Below are positions 49,749-57,659 of a DNA stretch of 61,019 nucleotides, piece after piece (the stretch's first letter is position 1; every line of letters starts with the position of its first letter). The translations under genes and the position numbers were made by a program. Source of the DNA: a virus; the IMG/VR virus record IMGVR_UViG_3300027908_000027, positions 1 to 61,019 of that record; one strand, 5' to 3'. Under the pieces are notes generated by a model. That model had not been told where the DNA came from and made no database searches. It saw only the letters and a list, made by a program, of their open reading frames with translations.

Positions 49749-50285
49749 ATGCTTACTCGTCGCACTCTCGTTGCTGCCGCGCCGTCTGTTGGCCTTGTCG
49801 GCATAGTTGCCGCTTGCTCTGGCACAACCACCACGCCCGCTCAGATCGTCACTGACGTTCAGAACGCGGTATCCGCTCTCGCCAATTCGTTCAGCGCAGT
49901 TGTGGCGCAGGCGCCGAACGTCGTGCCAGTCAACACATCGGCGCAGATCACCAGCGCGCTTGCGCAGGCATCGTCTGTGCTTGGCTCGCTATCCACCAAC
50001 TTGGCGGCCAATGTCGCAGCGCCAATCGTGCAGCAGGTCGAGGGGGCGCTAAATACCGTTATCAGTGCGGCATCTGCCGTGCCGCTGATCCCGCCTCCGT
50101 TCTCCACCGCGCTCGCTGCGGCATCCATAGTGCTGCCGATTGTCGAGGCGTGGTTGAACAGTGTGCTGCCAGCAACGTCTGGCGCTGCGCCGGCCATGAT
50201 GGCGGCTCGCGCGAAGATGGCCGCGCTTGCTCCGATGAGTTCGGCTCAGGCTGAGGCGACACTGGCGCAGCTGGCGGGAAAGTAA
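49749..50285 (+). CDS. Ala-rich helical lipoprotein with Tat-like RR motif
   Basis: Met96 of track ORF 49464..50285, SD AGGAGAA. MLTRRTLVAAAPSVGLVGIVAAC (lipobox V-A-A-C). A late hydrophobic segment FSTALAAASIVLPIVEAWL is present. Confidence 0.6.
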   Translation: MLTRRTLVAAAPSVGLVGIVAACSGTTTTPAQIVTDVQNAVSALANSFSAVVAQAPNVVPVNTSAQITSALAQASSVLGSLSTNLAANVAAPIVQQVEGALNTVISAASAVPLIPPPFSTALAAASIVLPIVEAWLNSVLPATSGAAPAMMAARAKMAALAPMSSAQAEATLAQLAGK

Positions 50286-50325
50286 GCGACTGGGGAAGGT
50301 GGGCATTAAATGACGGGGTGCAAGA

Positions 50326-50877
50326 GTGAGTAAAACGAGAAGCGACGGCACACCGATCACCTTGGACTGGCTTCGTTCGGTTTCTATCCCAGAGCCAAAT
50401 AGTGGTTGTTGGCTCTGGGATCTATACGTTACCCATGACGGATACCCTCGCGTTCACACGGTCAGAGGACGACTTGGTTTGGCTCATCGCGAGTCATACA
50501 AGCTTGCTAAGGGCGCGATACCAGATGGCAGTCACATTGACCATCTGTGCCGAGTGCGGAGCTGCATAAATCCCGACCATTTAGAAATTGTCTCGCCAGC
50601 CGAAAATCGTCGCCGCAGCAGTTTAGATGCTCTCTTTAGGATGCCAACTCATTGTCGGAAGGGACATCCTTTTGGTCAGGATAACCCGCCGGGGAAACGA
50701 GGCGCTTGCAAAATTTGCAGATCACTAATCGTAAAGAAATGGAATGACATTCAAAACGGAGCCAGGAAAAAGAACTGGACCCCAGAGCAATTTTCCGCTC
50801 GTAGCAGAATAAATTGCGCCAGACTTTGGGGGAAAGAACCTGACCCAGCCGATCTCGCGCTAACTGGTATGAGATGA
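50326..50877 (+). CDS. HNH homing-endonuclease-type protein
   Basis: GCWLWDLYVTHDGYPRV...LAHRESYKLAKGAIPDGSHIDHLCRVRSCINPDHLEIVSPAENRRR. Lower-GC patch. GTG start. Confidence 0.75.
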   Translation: MSKTRSDGTPITLDWLRSVSIPEPNSGCWLWDLYVTHDGYPRVHTVRGRLGLAHRESYKLAKGAIPDGSHIDHLCRVRSCINPDHLEIVSPAENRRRSSLDALFRMPTHCRKGHPFGQDNPPGKRGACKICRSLIVKKWNDIQNGARKKNWTPEQFSARSRINCARLWGKEPDPADLALTGMR

Positions 50878-50880
50878 TAT

Positions 50881-51591
50881 ATGCCCTTTTGTCTCGGTAG
50901 GCTGCCGCATTCCCCGGAACGTCTAGCGCGAGGGCTCATGGCGGCTCCCGCTCCAATGCTTTACCGCTACCAGCTTGATCGTTCAGCTATAGATTACCAA
51001 CCGGGACTTTTTGGTAACGGGACGATTCCTGACTGCACATGCGCGGGCGTTGCCAACGCAGCCATAGCATCGGGGTTACTCCGCAGCGCCGCGCCGGTAA
51101 TCGCGGACGGTAAGCCGCAACGCTTGTATGCCGACGTAATCGGGCAACCGAACGCAAGCGATGCACAGCTTGCGGCGACTAACGGTGCTGTGGCCATGGA
51201 TGTGCTAAATGATGTTGCCACGCATGGGTTCGATGCTGGTGAACAGGTGCCGTTGGTACCGATTCCCCGCACCGTGCCTAACTCTCGTGAGGCCATTGCT
51301 GGCCTGATGTGCAATCGGGCTCTAGGTGTCGCGTATCTTGGTATCCGACTCTACCAAAAGGACATTGACACGTTTGGAGAAGCGCCATGGACCGCAGCGA
51401 TAGCGGATTCCGGCGCCATGGTGGGCGGCCATGTGTTGTTGGCATGGGACTATCCGGTTGGGTTGAGCGATACAAACCTGGCGCGCCTCGCGACTTGGGG
51501 CGCGTTACAACCCGCCTCATGGGCGTGGTTGATGGAGAGGCTTGACGAGGCGCATGGGCTGGAGTGGCCGCAACTGAAGGGTGCGGCGTGA
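50881..51591 (+). CDS. Papain-like cysteine peptidase
   Basis: NGTIPDCTCAGVANA (nucleophile Cys context), MVGGHVLLAWDY (catalytic His context), LATWGALQPASWAW (compare papain NSWG..WG). Confidence 0.55.
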   Translation: MPFCLGRLPHSPERLARGLMAAPAPMLYRYQLDRSAIDYQPGLFGNGTIPDCTCAGVANAAIASGLLRSAAPVIADGKPQRLYADVIGQPNASDAQLAATNGAVAMDVLNDVATHGFDAGEQVPLVPIPRTVPNSREAIAGLMCNRALGVAYLGIRLYQKDIDTFGEAPWTAAIADSGAMVGGHVLLAWDYPVGLSDTNLARLATWGALQPASWAWLMERLDEAHGLEWPQLKGAA

Positions 51592-51665
51592 GCGATATTC
51601 TTCTGGTCGCAGTCATCATGCTGCTGTTTCTCGTCGGGCTCGCATATGCTTTAGCAATTCCATAA
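51588..51665 (+). CDS. Possible hydrophobic micro-ORF (25 aa)
   Basis: GTG overlaps the upstream TGA. MSDILLVAVIMLLFLVGLAYALAIP. Confidence 0.25.
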   Translation: MSDILLVAVIMLLFLVGLAYALAIP

Positions 51666-51679
51666 TAAAAGGAACTCCC

Positions 51680-52072
51680 ATGCGTAGGTTCAATCTCGCT
51701 TTTGCGTTGCTGGCATTCTTTGTTGGCAGCGCCGCACTGGCGCAAAGCGCGCCTCCGGTAACCGTCACCTTCACGTTCGCCGTTCCCTACACGGGCCTCA
51801 CGATGACGGGGACTGGCCCATGTTCTGGGACGCTCACCGGCACCCCGACGAATAACGTCGCTGGGCCGTTCTCCTGCGGTAGCCAGACCATCCCCGCTGG
51901 CACCGTGATCGCTACCATGTCGGTTGCCCCCACCGGCTGGGCCGGCGGCATCGGAACCTCCGGGACCGGTGCTGGATTGGTGACCGTGACGGGCAGCAGC
52001 CCCAACTATACCGTTACTACGGCACAGGCGGTGAGTTCTTCCTTCACCGTTGGTTTCCAGCCCACCCCATGA
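51680..52072 (+). CDS. Small secreted Thr/Gly-rich protein (signal peptide)
   Basis: Met34 of track ORF 51581..52072, SD AAAGGAA. MRRFNLAFALLAFFVGSAALA/QSA. Confidence 0.55.
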   Translation: MRRFNLAFALLAFFVGSAALAQSAPPVTVTFTFAVPYTGLTMTGTGPCSGTLTGTPTNNVAGPFSCGSQTIPAGTVIATMSVAPTGWAGGIGTSGTGAGLVTVTGSSPNYTVTTAQAVSSSFTVGFQPTP

Positions 52073-54054
52073 GATTTCTGCCGCTCCTCTTGGTGGCCCT
52101 CCTGGCATCATGCGGGGCGGCACCAATCACTGCGACGTTCGTGATATCCGGCCAAGGGACCGGCCCGGGCGCCTTGCTGACGCCCAGCCGTGACGCCAGC
52201 GCCAACTGGGCCAAGGCAGGTCTGCTGTCCATTGGCGGCATTCCCACCCGCACCACGCAATGCGGCCCCACGCTGTCTCCCAGCGGCGGGGACGATACCA
52301 GTGCCATACAGGCGGCCATCAACGCCTGCCCTGTGGGGCAAGTCGTGGTGCTCGGCGCGGGCACGTTCCTGGAATCGGGGCACGGGACCACTGCCCGGAT
52401 CAACAAAAGCATCTCCGTGCGTGGGCAGGGGCCGGGCGTGACCATCGTTCACTCGCCCAACGGGGCCGTGCTGAACAACGTCAACCCCGGCACGCACGTC
52501 AGCACGATATTCCAGCTCGGCGGCTCGGCTAGCGTGACGACGGTAGCGAACCTCACAGCAGATGGAGCGAAGGGTGCTAACTCAATTCAAGTCGCCTCCA
52601 CCAGTGGATTTTCGGTTGGCGGGCTCGTGCTCGTGGACGAACTGGCACTCGGAAAGGCCATGCCGGATTGTTGCTTCAACAACGGCACGGGCACCGTATG
52701 GGCAGAGCCTGATTATCGAGTTGAGTGGAACCAACACAGTCCTGCCGTCGCCTTTTTTGACAGCGCCTGTAACGGCTATGCAAATGCCAACAACTTCGCC
52801 TGCGGAACTAATGGTGACGAGTGTGCTTATTCGATCCGATGCGGCGGGGTCACAGAAGAGCTACATCTCATTACCGCCATCAGCGGCAACACGATCACCT
52901 TCGATTCCCCACTGACTATCTCCTATCGAGTAGCCAACACAGCGCAGGCTCACTCCTACGCCCCCGGAAACCTAGTCACCCAAGCCGGGCTGGAAAACCT
53001 CACCGTCTCGAATGGCGACGAGGGCAATATCGTGTTCTCGGCCTGTGTCTACTGCTGGGCACACAACGTCGAATCAACGCAATGGCTCAACGCTGGCGGT
53101 GTGGCGTTCTACCAAGCCGCTTTCCGGGATCAGGTAGACGGGTCGTGGGTGCATGACGCGGCGTGGCCAGTGAATGGCGGTGGTGGCTATGCGATCAATG
53201 CCACGTACGGAGCCTCAGAGTTCCTTGTCACAAACAACATCATCATGAAGGCCAACAAGGTTGACGTGGTTCGGGCGAGCGGATCTGGAGCCGTGTTCGG
53301 CTACAATTACATGGACGACGGCTACATCAACGGGGAGAACTCGTGGATTGAGACTGGGCCGAATGGCTCGCACCTGGCAGGCTCTCATCACGTTCTATTC
53401 GAAGGTAACCAGACCTGGAACGTTGACAGCGATTTTACCCACGGCTCGTCCACGCACAATACGTTCTTTCGGAACTGGATGACAGGGTTCCGCGCCCCGT
53501 TCACAGCCCTCAATGGTGCCACGATCAATGACCAGACGCAGACTGCGAATGGCCCTAAGCGCGCAATCGCAGATCACGCATACTCGTACTGGGATTCGTT
53601 CGTGGGGAATGTGGCCGGCACGCAGGGTCTGGTCAGTAACTGGACGCTCAGGTGCGAGGCCGGGAACGCGGACTCGGGGTGTGCTCCGGCAATCTACAAC
53701 CTCGGATGGAATGATACCTCCGTGGCCGGGAGCCTTGGGGATGCCAGCATGGCGATCGACTACCCCGCACTACCCACGAACACGATCACCGGGCCGGGGT
53801 GTCTGACCAGCGGGGAATCGTGCGCGCCGATCAGGGATGGGAACTTTGACTTCAAGACCAGCGCCATTCAGTGGGCGAGCAATGATACTGCCCATACGCT
53901 GCCCCCCAGCTTCTATCTCACAAGCGCGCCAGCGTTCTTCTCAGCCGGGAAGGGCTACGCTTGGCCGTGGGTTACGCCCAATGGGCCGACGCCACTGGCG
54001 ACGCTTCCAGCTAAGGCTCGATGGGACGCTGGTACGCCGTTTCAGCAGCCGTGA
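52069..54054 (+). CDS. Lipoprotein with right-handed beta-helix (pectate-lyase-like) glycan-degrading domain
   Basis: MRFLPLLLVALLASC (lipobox L-A-S-C). SGGDDTSAIQAAINACPVGQVVVLGAGTF is the same D-x-T-x-A-I-x-A-A-I start as the tailspike. ATGA overlap upstream. Confidence 0.65.
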   Translation: MRFLPLLLVALLASCGAAPITATFVISGQGTGPGALLTPSRDASANWAKAGLLSIGGIPTRTTQCGPTLSPSGGDDTSAIQAAINACPVGQVVVLGAGTFLESGHGTTARINKSISVRGQGPGVTIVHSPNGAVLNNVNPGTHVSTIFQLGGSASVTTVANLTADGAKGANSIQVASTSGFSVGGLVLVDELALGKAMPDCCFNNGTGTVWAEPDYRVEWNQHSPAVAFFDSACNGYANANNFACGTNGDECAYSIRCGGVTEELHLITAISGNTITFDSPLTISYRVANTAQAHSYAPGNLVTQAGLENLTVSNGDEGNIVFSACVYCWAHNVESTQWLNAGGVAFYQAAFRDQVDGSWVHDAAWPVNGGGGYAINATYGASEFLVTNNIIMKANKVDVVRASGSGAVFGYNYMDDGYINGENSWIETGPNGSHLAGSHHVLFEGNQTWNVDSDFTHGSSTHNTFFRNWMTGFRAPFTALNGATINDQTQTANGPKRAIADHAYSYWDSFVGNVAGTQGLVSNWTLRCEAGNADSGCAPAIYNLGWNDTSVAGSLGDASMAIDYPALPTNTITGPGCLTSGESCAPIRDGNFDFKTSAIQWASNDTAHTLPPSFYLTSAPAFFSAGKGYAWPWVTPNGPTPLATLPAKARWDAGTPFQQP

Positions 54055-54078
54055 GTGTCGTTTTGTTCATCGTGGATA

Positions 54079-54426
54079 TCAGTCATCGGTGATCTCCACA
54101 TGGGCGAACCGCGCTGCGATCTCTGGTGCCAACGGTTCGTTGCCAATAGCCACTAGATTGTCTGGGTGATAGGATCTCCCCTGCGTGTTCCCGTCGAATT
54201 TTACCCCCACACAGTCGGGGGATGGACGCCACACCACGACACCCTCACGTCCGCGGAAAGAGACGCGCGCCCCAACCGGGAACATGGTCGTTTTAGATTT
54301 GGCCGCTCGGTTCTTCTCTGCTAGCGCGAAGCACCCGGGGCATAGGACTGTTGTGCTCGGCTTATCGCACGTCAAGCAATGCGTCTGGGCATGGACTTCG
54401 ACATCCGTCGTATCATTCTGGGTCAT
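54079..54426 (-). CDS. Hypothetical Zn-ribbon protein (115 aa)
   Basis: Met83 of track ORF 54079..54672 with AGGAAG upstream; HCLTCDKPSTTVLCPGC. Confidence 0.5.
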   Translation of the reverse strand: MTQNDTTDVEVHAQTHCLTCDKPSTTVLCPGCFALAEKNRAAKSKTTMFPVGARVSFRGREGVVVWRPSPDCVGVKFDGNTQGRSYHPDNLVAIGNEPLAPEIAARFAHVEITDD

Positions 54427-54569
54427 GTTGATCTTCCTGTCGCTCTGCAATATACCAACCCACAACCCATGCAGTCCGCTGCGGACTTGGTTCGTAGGGA
54501 CAGACATCAACCGGAAGTCCAGCTTCCTTTGCCCGCATGCCTTCGACGCCGGGATTGGTCGTTTTGTTC

Positions 54570-54899
54570 TCACTCGGCATGGTGAAATACCTTCTCGATA
54601 TCCAGCGCCATGTAGTGGCGGTATGAGACTTCTGTTTCGCCTGATGCTAGGCGCTCCAGTGCTGCGTCGCATTGTTCTTGCGTCTCAAACCCCATGCCGA
54701 AAATCAGGTTCTCTCGCCCTCGCACGTCGCGCTGCAAATCGACAATGGTGTAGATCGTCGTGTGAAGCGCGTTCATTAGCTTGGTGCAAACTGCATATCG
54801 CTCGTTGGCCGCCATCACACGATAGCGCACCCGCTCGCTGGCGAACTTGATAAGGTCGCCCCTGGCAATTCGCTCGGTCGTCTGATTCTGGTCAGCCAT
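54570..54899 (-). CDS. Hypothetical protein (109 aa)
   Basis: Met42 of track ORF 54570..55022 (MADQNQTTERIARGDLIKF...). Overlaps the upstream ORF end by 8 nt. Confidence 0.55.
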   Translation of the reverse strand: MADQNQTTERIARGDLIKFASERVRYRVMAANERYAVCTKLMNALHTTIYTIVDLQRDVRGRENLIFGMGFETQEQCDAALERLASGETEVSYRHYMALDIEKVFHHAE

Positions 54900-55188
54900 G
54901 ATTTGCAAGGTCCTCACTCGCCTTGTCCCAGCCGTGTTGCCACGCCGCACGTTCCCATTGGTCATTCGTATATGGGTTGTCATACTCGCTGGCGTCGCAC
55001 ATCCGGTCTCGATATCCCTCATTAAACGGATGAACGACGATGGGCGGCTTGACGGATGGCGATGCCGCTGCGTTCGCCTGCGGGGTTCTGCCTCTGGTTA
55101 TGCAATCTGCCGCACGGTCTACGAGGCACGCGCTCATGCCATCTGTCAACTCTGGGTCTCGGGTCGTTTGGAATTTTCCGTCAGCCAC
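54892..55188 (-). CDS. Hypothetical protein with Rmf-like C-terminal motif (98 aa)
   Basis: GTG (Val16 of track ORF 54892..55233) lies 7 nt after AAGGAG. EGYRDRMCDASEYDNPYTNDQWERAAWQHGWDKA. Confidence 0.5.
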   Translation of the reverse strand: MADGKFQTTRDPELTDGMSACLVDRAADCITRGRTPQANAAASPSVKPPIVVHPFNEGYRDRMCDASEYDNPYTNDQWERAAWQHGWDKASEDLANHG

Positions 55189-55199
55189 GAGCGATCTCC

Positions 55200-55352
55200 T
55201 TACTTTCTGCCACGGGGCTGCCTCTTGAGCCACTCGGAAACGATTCTCTCGACCATGGATGAGATAGACCGTCCGTCTTTCTCAGCCGCCTTGGCCAGAG
55301 CTTCTTTGGTCTGCGCGTCCAAGCGCACAGCTATTCTCTCGTCTTTTGCCAT
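55200..55352 (-). CDS. Ribbon-helix-helix (CopG/Arc/MetJ-type) regulator (50 aa, below the track cutoff)
   Basis: Hand translation MAKDERIAVRLDAQTKEALAKAAEKDGRSISSMVERIVSEWLKRQPRGRK: a beta-strand (IAVRL) followed by two helices. First gene of a leftward operon. Confidence 0.6.
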   Translation of the reverse strand: MAKDERIAVRLDAQTKEALAKAAEKDGRSISSMVERIVSEWLKRQPRGRK

Positions 55353-55357
55353 GGCGT

Positions 55358-55448
55358 AACCTACTTTGCTCCGAGGAAAATGTCAACGCACTGTTGACGG
55401 ATGTTGACATCAATCTCGGTAGCCGGTAAATAGGGTGGTGTCAACGCA
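55358..55448. promoter_or_regulatory. Divergent promoter/operator region with four GTTGAC/GTCAAC boxes
   Basis: TGTCAACGCA at 55381-55390 and 55439-55448. GTTGAC at 55393 and 55403. Rightward TTGACA (55404-09), 17-nt spacer, TAAATA (55427-32). Leftward TTGACA (55386-81), 17-nt spacer, TAGGTT (55363-58), which ends 5 nt before the RHH ATG. Confidence 0.55.
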
Positions 55449-55484
55449 AGATAGCCGTTGGCGAACGGAACCCCGGAGACGAAG

Positions 55485-55661
55485 ATGACACATCTAGCTA
55501 AGCGTGCCCCAGAGTTCTTACCGGACCGGTCTGGCGTCTATTTGCAGGGCGTCTACACGTTCGACGAATTGCTGGCGATCTCGATCGACAACAGACTTTC
55601 ACCGAACGCGGTTGATGCATTGATCGAAAAGCAGCAAGCGGCCCATACGGAGATAACATGA
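55485..55661 (+). CDS. Hypothetical protein (58 aa)
   Basis: Met10 of track ORF 55458..55661, preceded by GGAGACGAAG. Confidence 0.5.
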   Translation: MTHLAKRAPEFLPDRSGVYLQGVYTFDELLAISIDNRLSPNAVDALIEKQQAAHTEIT

Positions 55662-55927
55662 GCTACGAAGCATGGGGCGATGGTGGAGACGAGGATATCG
55701 GCTTCACGGAAGATCGCGTAGGCGAGATTGGAATGGAGTGCTTCCGGCGCGGCGTCCAGATGTGCCGTGAGATGATGGCACGTTTTGTCGAACAGGGCGG
55801 CGACGCCACTACGGCAGGAAGCATTCGCGCTAACTGGAACCCAGCATGGGGTGATGATCCAGGCAAGCCAACCGATGCGGACTATGACCAGGACCGCACA
55901 GGCTTCGACCCCTTCGCCTGCGCGTAA
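55658..55927 (+). CDS. Hypothetical acidic protein (89 aa)
   Basis: Track ORF; ATGA overlap. Confidence 0.55.
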   Translation: MSYEAWGDGGDEDIGFTEDRVGEIGMECFRRGVQMCREMMARFVEQGGDATTAGSIRANWNPAWGDDPGKPTDADYDQDRTGFDPFACA

Positions 55928-55948
55928 TCAAACCCCGGATAGCGCTCC

Positions 55949-56317
55949 ATGCCCGAACTATCGCACACAATCGCTTATCGAGCCGTCGTAGGCGCGGTGC
56001 ACAATACAGTGCATGCACATCCGCGCTGGTCTATCCCACGTGATTTTGCGCGCTCCGTTGCTAAGCGCGCTGCCGGGACACTGTTGGCGCATAGCGGCCA
56101 CTCAGTGTTGGCCGCCTCCGGGCGGTCAGATCGGAAACGGAAGCTAGCTACTTCTGTTCTGGGGCAGGCGACGGGTACCAGAGAACGTCGCCTGCTTTCC
56201 CGCATGCAGACCGAACTGACGCGGATGATCGGGCGTCCTGGCGGAGACGAGGAAAAACGAACAGAGCTGATTGCTGCGGCGCGCGCGATAAAGCTGTGCG
56301 TCAAGCGCGTAACGTAA
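55949..56317 (+). CDS. Hypothetical basic protein (122 aa)
   Basis: Track ORF. Confidence 0.5.
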   Translation: MPELSHTIAYRAVVGAVHNTVHAHPRWSIPRDFARSVAKRAAGTLLAHSGHSVLAASGRSDRKRKLATSVLGQATGTRERRLLSRMQTELTRMIGRPGGDEEKRTELIAAARAIKLCVKRVT

Positions 56318-56322
56318 CACCG

Positions 56323-56658
56323 ATGACGCGCATTTATACTAGTGATGGCACTTTTGATGCGGAGCCCCCGCAGCGTAAACGTCGGGCCAAACCTCGCGCC
56401 CTTCGCTTTAGTGACATTAAGGTTGGCAATGAGCTGTCAAAGCGCATGACGTGGCATGGAGAGCGGGCGGTGACATTCTATGTGGTAACGGATTTATGGT
56501 TCGATCCGGTGGCCGGTCAGAGAGATCATGAGGCGGGTAACATGGTGGCGGTTCGTAGAATTGAACCGTTCCCAACCGACAGGAAGGAACCTCACACCAG
56601 GCGGGGGCTGGCCAGTCAAGGCTTTCGCTATCGCTATTCCGACATGCGCAACGCCTAA
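56323..56658 (+). CDS. Hypothetical protein (111 aa)
   Basis: Met10 of track ORF 56296..56658. Confidence 0.5.
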   Translation: MTRIYTSDGTFDAEPPQRKRRAKPRALRFSDIKVGNELSKRMTWHGERAVTFYVVTDLWFDPVAGQRDHEAGNMVAVRRIEPFPTDRKEPHTRRGLASQGFRYRYSDMRNA

Positions 56659-56677
56659 ACCCTCCGGAGAAGACGAG

Positions 56678-56962
56678 ATGATGAAGCCTCAGTATGTGCC
56701 GAAGGATCGCAACCAACGCTTGTTCAAGTTGGTCGAAGAACTCGGCGAGTTACAGGCGGCGCTTGGTAAGGCTGGTCGGTGGGGAATGCTTAGCGTCAAT
56801 CCCGAGTTGCCCGTTGAGCAGCAGGAGACGAACGCAGCGTGGATACTGCGCGAAATGGATGACGTGCAGGATGCGATCAAGGCGTGTCGTGAGGACGTGC
56901 GGGCTGAGTTGGATGAGATTGACGCTCGACGGTTCGCCTGGACTGAAACCGATCCCTTCTGA
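56678..56962 (+). CDS. Small MazG-like nucleotide pyrophosphohydrolase
   Basis: Met51 of track ORF 56528..56962. RLFKLVEELGELQAALGK...EMDDVQDAI follows the MazG EExxE/helix pattern. Confidence 0.5.
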   Translation: MMKPQYVPKDRNQRLFKLVEELGELQAALGKAGRWGMLSVNPELPVEQQETNAAWILREMDDVQDAIKACREDVRAELDEIDARRFAWTETDPF

Positions 56963-57075
56963 CGCTGAACCGAAACCCCAAGTTCGGGCCTCGGTCATGG
57001 TAACGCCGAGGGCCTTTAGCAGCACAGCTACCGGCGCTGCCCCGACCGAACGAAACCCCGAACTAGGAACGCACG

Positions 57076-57261
57076 ATGCGAGTTATCTTGAATCTCCCGC
57101 GTGAGGAGCCGCCGAGCAACGTCAGAGAAGCTCTGCGCATCGTCATGATGTGGCTTCGAGAAGTTGAGGCGAGGGAGAAAGAAGTGGAAGAGCGCTACCG
57201 CGAGATGCAACAAAGGTTGCAGAACACTCCTCCCGTCCGCGACTGGCGCGACGAACTCTAA
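57076..57261 (+). CDS. Hypothetical helical protein (61 aa)
   Basis: Track ORF. Confidence 0.45.
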   Translation: MRVILNLPREEPPSNVREALRIVMMWLREVEAREKEVEERYREMQQRLQNTPPVRDWRDEL

Positions 57262-57267
57262 ACCCCG

Positions 57268-57429
57268 ATGAGAGTAGTGGCCGCTATCATCGTGCTTCTG
57301 GTATCTGGTGCGATCAGCCGATCAATCGCTCACGACCTGTCGTTCGCAACCTGGGTGGCGACTTCCCTAGCGCTATGGGCTGGGAAGGGAATTTCCGACT
57401 GGCTAACGTCTGATCCAGGTCGGCGCTAA
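57268..57429 (+). CDS. Small two-TM membrane protein (53 aa)
   Basis: Hand translation MRVVAAIIVLLVSGAISRSIAHDLSFATWVATSLALWAGKGISDWLTSDPGRR. Confidence 0.35.
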   Translation: MRVVAAIIVLLVSGAISRSIAHDLSFATWVATSLALWAGKGISDWLTSDPGRR

Positions 57430-57456
57430 GACCCTCCGGTAGGCGCCCCGCACCCC

Positions 57457-57651
57457 ATGCCAGAATTTGACCTAGGGCACTTCAGATGGATCGCCGCAAA
57501 TCCTTTGGGGTTGATGGCGCCAGCGCTTCGATGGGGCAGCGTCAGGTGCTGCTACGAGCAGTCGTGGGAGCGTAGTGCAATGTGCGGCGAGCTGGTGATG
57601 CCGCCAACGGCAGAGGCGTACGTTGCGGCGATTCGGGCGGGGGTGGCGTAG
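57457..57651 (+). CDS. Possible ORF (64 aa) next to the attachment region
   Basis: Track ORF. By hand count about 72% G/C at third positions, similar to confirmed genes. No SD and no motif. Confidence 0.35.
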   Translation: MPEFDLGHFRWIAANPLGLMAPALRWGSVRCCYEQSWERSAMCGELVMPPTAEAYVAAIRAGVA

Positions 57652-57659
57652 GGGCCAGA

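Noticed and set aside
56970-57017. Two adjacent hairpins (CCGAA-N8-TTCGG and GGCCTCGG-N11-CCGAG(G)GCC) after the MazG-like gene, plus a repeated CGAAACCCC 9-mer at 56971 and 57051
   Set aside because: The stems are short or bulged, and only three T residues follow. It could be a weak attenuator, but the evidence is insufficient for a terminator call.
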